Shown: one piece after another, positions 25,866 to 27,984 of the stretch | Layout of the letters: the number at the start of each line of letters is the position of its first letter | How positions within the stretch are numbered: the first letter of the stretch is position 1 | Source of the DNA: a candidate division WOR-3 bacterium | GTDB lineage: Bacteria > Hydrothermota > Hydrothermia > JBDRYB01 | Direction of reading: 5' to 3' | DNA length: 27,984 nt | Assembly (NCBI GenBank): GCA_039803205.1 | Contig: JBDRYB010000024.1 | Location: 1 to 27,984 of the forward strand | Notes under the pieces: generated by a model | Database searches by the model: none | The model's input: only the letters and a program-made list of their open reading frames with translations | What the model was told of the DNA's origin: nothing | Made by a program: the position numbers and the translations under genes

Positions 25866-27428
25866 TCACCTAACCGCTACCTTCACCCTTTCCTCCCCAG
25901 CAACCACGAAATAGACCCCGGGCACCAGGGGGCTTATCAGGGTCTTGCCCTTTATTTCCCTGGCCATAACAAGCCGGCCAGCCGAATCGTAAATCCTTGC
26001 CTCGCCTGAGGGGCAGGTTATATAGAAGCCGAAGGGAGCGGGGATTATGGTGAGGCTATGGTTGGACTTCGTATTCTCTTTGATTTCATTGGTTGTGTCA
26101 GAGAGGTGAACTATGTATTGAATTGGTGGGATCAGTGTATCGCTGGAACCAAAGTTTCCCATAGCAAAAACTCCGCCTTCCTGATCAGGAACGAGCCAAC
26201 AACAGTAGCCATCCCGAGTATATCCGTCAAAATTTCCGTTATTTTGAAAGATCCATTTGAGATTTCCAAGGGTGTCCAATTTTATAACCGTGAAGGAAAC
26301 TTTTCCCGAGGAGTCTTCTAGGTATCCGCCTATGAATATCCCTCCCATTGTATCCACGCTAAGAACGAGTCCGGAGCCTTCTGCCAGAAAATTGAAAAAT
26401 CTCATTTTGCCCTGAAGGTCAAAACTGGTAAGAAATAGTTCTGGCCCCGGATTCTCCTTTCGGCCAGTAATATAAACATTTCCACGCGGGTCAACGGCTA
26501 GCCCATCGCATACGCTGAGACTTATAAATTCTTGAGAGTATCTGTAATACCAGAACAAATGACCGTATCTGTCCCTGGATTCTGCATACATGGCTCCTGC
26601 CAGCTCCCTGGCGACCATATAAAGCCTACCTTCGGAGTATTCAACAAAATGCCCTTGCCCTGAGTTAGTCCAGTAAGCGTAATCCTGTGCCCATACCAGT
26701 TCACCTGAGGGATTAACCTTCAGGAGAAAAGGACGCATGGAATAACATGTTTCGGGGGAGAAGAGGTTTGGCTCAGAGGGATATTTGGTACCCTGATGTA
26801 TTCCCTTCCTTATTCCTCTCATCAAAAAGCCCACCACATAGGCGTTTCCATCTTCATCTATCTCTGCCGAAAAACCTTGATTTGGAAGATTCCAAGGGGA
26901 ATCATAGATGTATTTCCACCTTTGGGTCCCCTCAGAATCAAGAGACCAAAGAAAAGCCCTATCCACAGTATCATTAGCACTTACGGATAGTCCAAGTGCC
27001 ACAATATTGTTGTTTTGGTCCCGAAGAGCGGAGAAAGCCCCACCAAGATATAAAAAATCAGGCGGGCCCGATAGTTCTCTTACCCACGAGACATTTCCAT
27101 CATAATCCAATTTTGCAATCAAAAGCCCATAAGGATTCCCATAATCTCCAAACACATAAAAGAAGTCCTGAGCCGGCGCACACGATCCACACCTGCTATA
27201 AGGAATATCAGAGAATTCAACCTCCCAAAGGATTTGGCCCGTGTTGGGTTCTACTCCCATACAGAAACCTACATATGGAGTTCCGTGTAGACTTTTTATT
27301 CCTGTGAGAACAACTCTGTTTTCGTTCACAAGTAGGGAGTTTTTGGCCCAAAACAACGCATATCGGCCCGGTAGGGCTCGTTCCCATGTTATTGTCTGAC
27401 CAAACAGCAAGAGGTTTAGAACGCTCAT
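25866..27428 (-). CDS. Secreted beta-propeller protein with T9SS-type/Ig-like C-terminal sorting domain
   Basis: Repeated K(L/V)DxxGxxxW and DxxGNxY(V/I)xG blades; C-terminal RIYDSAGRLV..LVPGVYFV..KV. Start placed at ATG 27428 (MSVLNLLLFGQ). Confidence 0.85.
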   Translation of the reverse strand: MSVLNLLLFGQTITWERALPGRYALFWAKNSLLVNENRVVLTGIKSLHGTPYVGFCMGVEPNTGQILWEVEFSDIPYSRCGSCAPAQDFFYVFGDYGNPYGLLIAKLDYDGNVSWVRELSGPPDFLYLGGAFSALRDQNNNIVALGLSVSANDTVDRAFLWSLDSEGTQRWKYIYDSPWNLPNQGFSAEIDEDGNAYVVGFLMRGIRKGIHQGTKYPSEPNLFSPETCYSMRPFLLKVNPSGELVWAQDYAYWTNSGQGHFVEYSEGRLYMVARELAGAMYAESRDRYGHLFWYYRYSQEFISLSVCDGLAVDPRGNVYITGRKENPGPELFLTSFDLQGKMRFFNFLAEGSGLVLSVDTMGGIFIGGYLEDSSGKVSFTVIKLDTLGNLKWIFQNNGNFDGYTRDGYCCWLVPDQEGGVFAMGNFGSSDTLIPPIQYIVHLSDTTNEIKENTKSNHSLTIIPAPFGFYITCPSGEARIYDSAGRLVMAREIKGKTLISPLVPGVYFVVAGEERVKVAVR

Positions 27429-27445
27429 GATTTTAAGATAAGGCC

Positions 27446-27478
27446 CCCCGGCCTCGCGAATCAAACGCGAGGCCGGGG
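27446..27478. repeat. 33-bp perfect inverted repeat (13-7-13)
   Basis: ccccggcctcgcg-aatcaaa-cgcgaggccgggg, between the Cys-rich gene and the propeller gene. Could be a terminator but lacks a U-tract. Confidence 0.85.
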
Positions 27479-27494
27479 TTCAAGCTTATAAAGT

Positions 27495-27854
27495 TTATGG
27501 TCTGCAACCACTCCCGCAGTCGCCATAATCAAACATGTTCAGATCAACCTGCTTGGCCTTCTTTCTGACTCCACCACATTGATACCACGTGTCTAGGCTA
27601 GTAACCGTAACAATATGGCGACGACATTGGTTGCCGTCGTAGATAGTTCCACACACAGTCCACGGAAGCGGCGACCCCGTGCTCAGATTGTAGGCACAAA
27701 GATCATAAGGCACCCCTTGCTCGGTAGCATAGTATGTATGTTGGCATATCAATGTTCCATTCGCGTCCCATACTTTTATGTAGGCAAAACCACCTGAGGC
27801 ACCATAAGGACACCTTAGAGTTCCGTATACTGATATGACCCACCTTAATTCCAC
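27495..27854 (-). CDS. Small Cys-rich hypothetical protein (119 aa, 8 Cys), possibly 5'-truncated
   Basis: Longest ORF in the interval, beta-rich with Tyr/Trp/Gly/Cys; GTG start, an in-frame stop 9 codons upstream, no signal peptide. Confidence 0.6.
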   Translation of the reverse strand: MELRWVISVYGTLRCPYGASGGFAYIKVWDANGTLICQHTYYATEQGVPYDLCAYNLSTGSPLPWTVCGTIYDGNQCRRHIVTVTSLDTWYQCGGVRKKAKQVDLNMFDYGDCGSGCRP

Positions 27855-27855
27855 C

Positions 27856-27911
27856 GTAAGTTCTTCTCCGGCAAGAACTTAGACGCAAATGCCGATGGCC
27901 CAAGGACTTAA
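27856..27911. repeat. Tandem 27-bp palindrome unit homologous to 396-451
   Basis: gtaagttcttctccggcaagaacttag, then at +29 gcaaatgccgatggcccaaggacttaa. Confidence 0.8.
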
Positions 27912-27946
27912 CTTAGATTTGCTGAATTGAGGAGGATTATAATATA

Positions 27947-27979
27947 CCCCGGCCTCTGATACCATAAACCAGGCCGGGG
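27947..27979. repeat. 33-bp inverted repeat (9-15-9) with arms identical to 27446-27478
   Basis: ccccggcct-ctgataccataaacc-aggccgggg; minus-strand TATAAT at 27941-27936. Confidence 0.8.
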
Positions 27980-27984
27980 GAGGT

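Noticed and set aside
27446..27478. Integron attC site
   Set aside because: No RYYYAAC/GTTRRRY box pair enclosing the stem, no extrahelical bases, too short, and no intI in the window.

Overview
Bacterial chromosomal window, moderately GC-rich and mostly housekeeping. It contains two decayed IS4-superfamily transposase remnants (1-1486), cobO, mrp/apbC plus a lipoprotein, and on the minus strand dapF-like, alaS, a PATAN/DUF4388-like repeat protein and purB. Next come gcvH-gcvPA-bactofilin-cstA, a TPR lipoprotein, minus-strand tldD-pmbA-small OMP-alr, and a translationally coupled DUF2085-prmC-pgeF-tetraheme lipoprotein-PHP-OMP run followed by miaB. The AT-richer right end encodes a beta-propeller with a T9SS-like C-terminal domain and a Cys-rich small protein. 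The C-terminal domain and OMP/lipoprotein content suggest a diderm FCB-related lineage such as WOR-3 (inference only). The most notable non-coding signals are: (i) a -10-like hexamer 6 nt before the start codon of most operon-first genes, implying pervasive leaderless transcription; (ii) two 33-bp CCCCGGCCT-N15-AGGCCGGGG dyads, each 5 nt upstream of a -10 box, bracketing a cassette-like gene; (iii) a family of 27-bp TAAGNNCTT..AAGNNCTTA palindromes; (iv) three copies of a 38-bp IS-end-like repeat, one overlapping the alr stop codon. No rRNA, tRNA or CRISPR array was recognised. All calls are from motif reading, without database searches.
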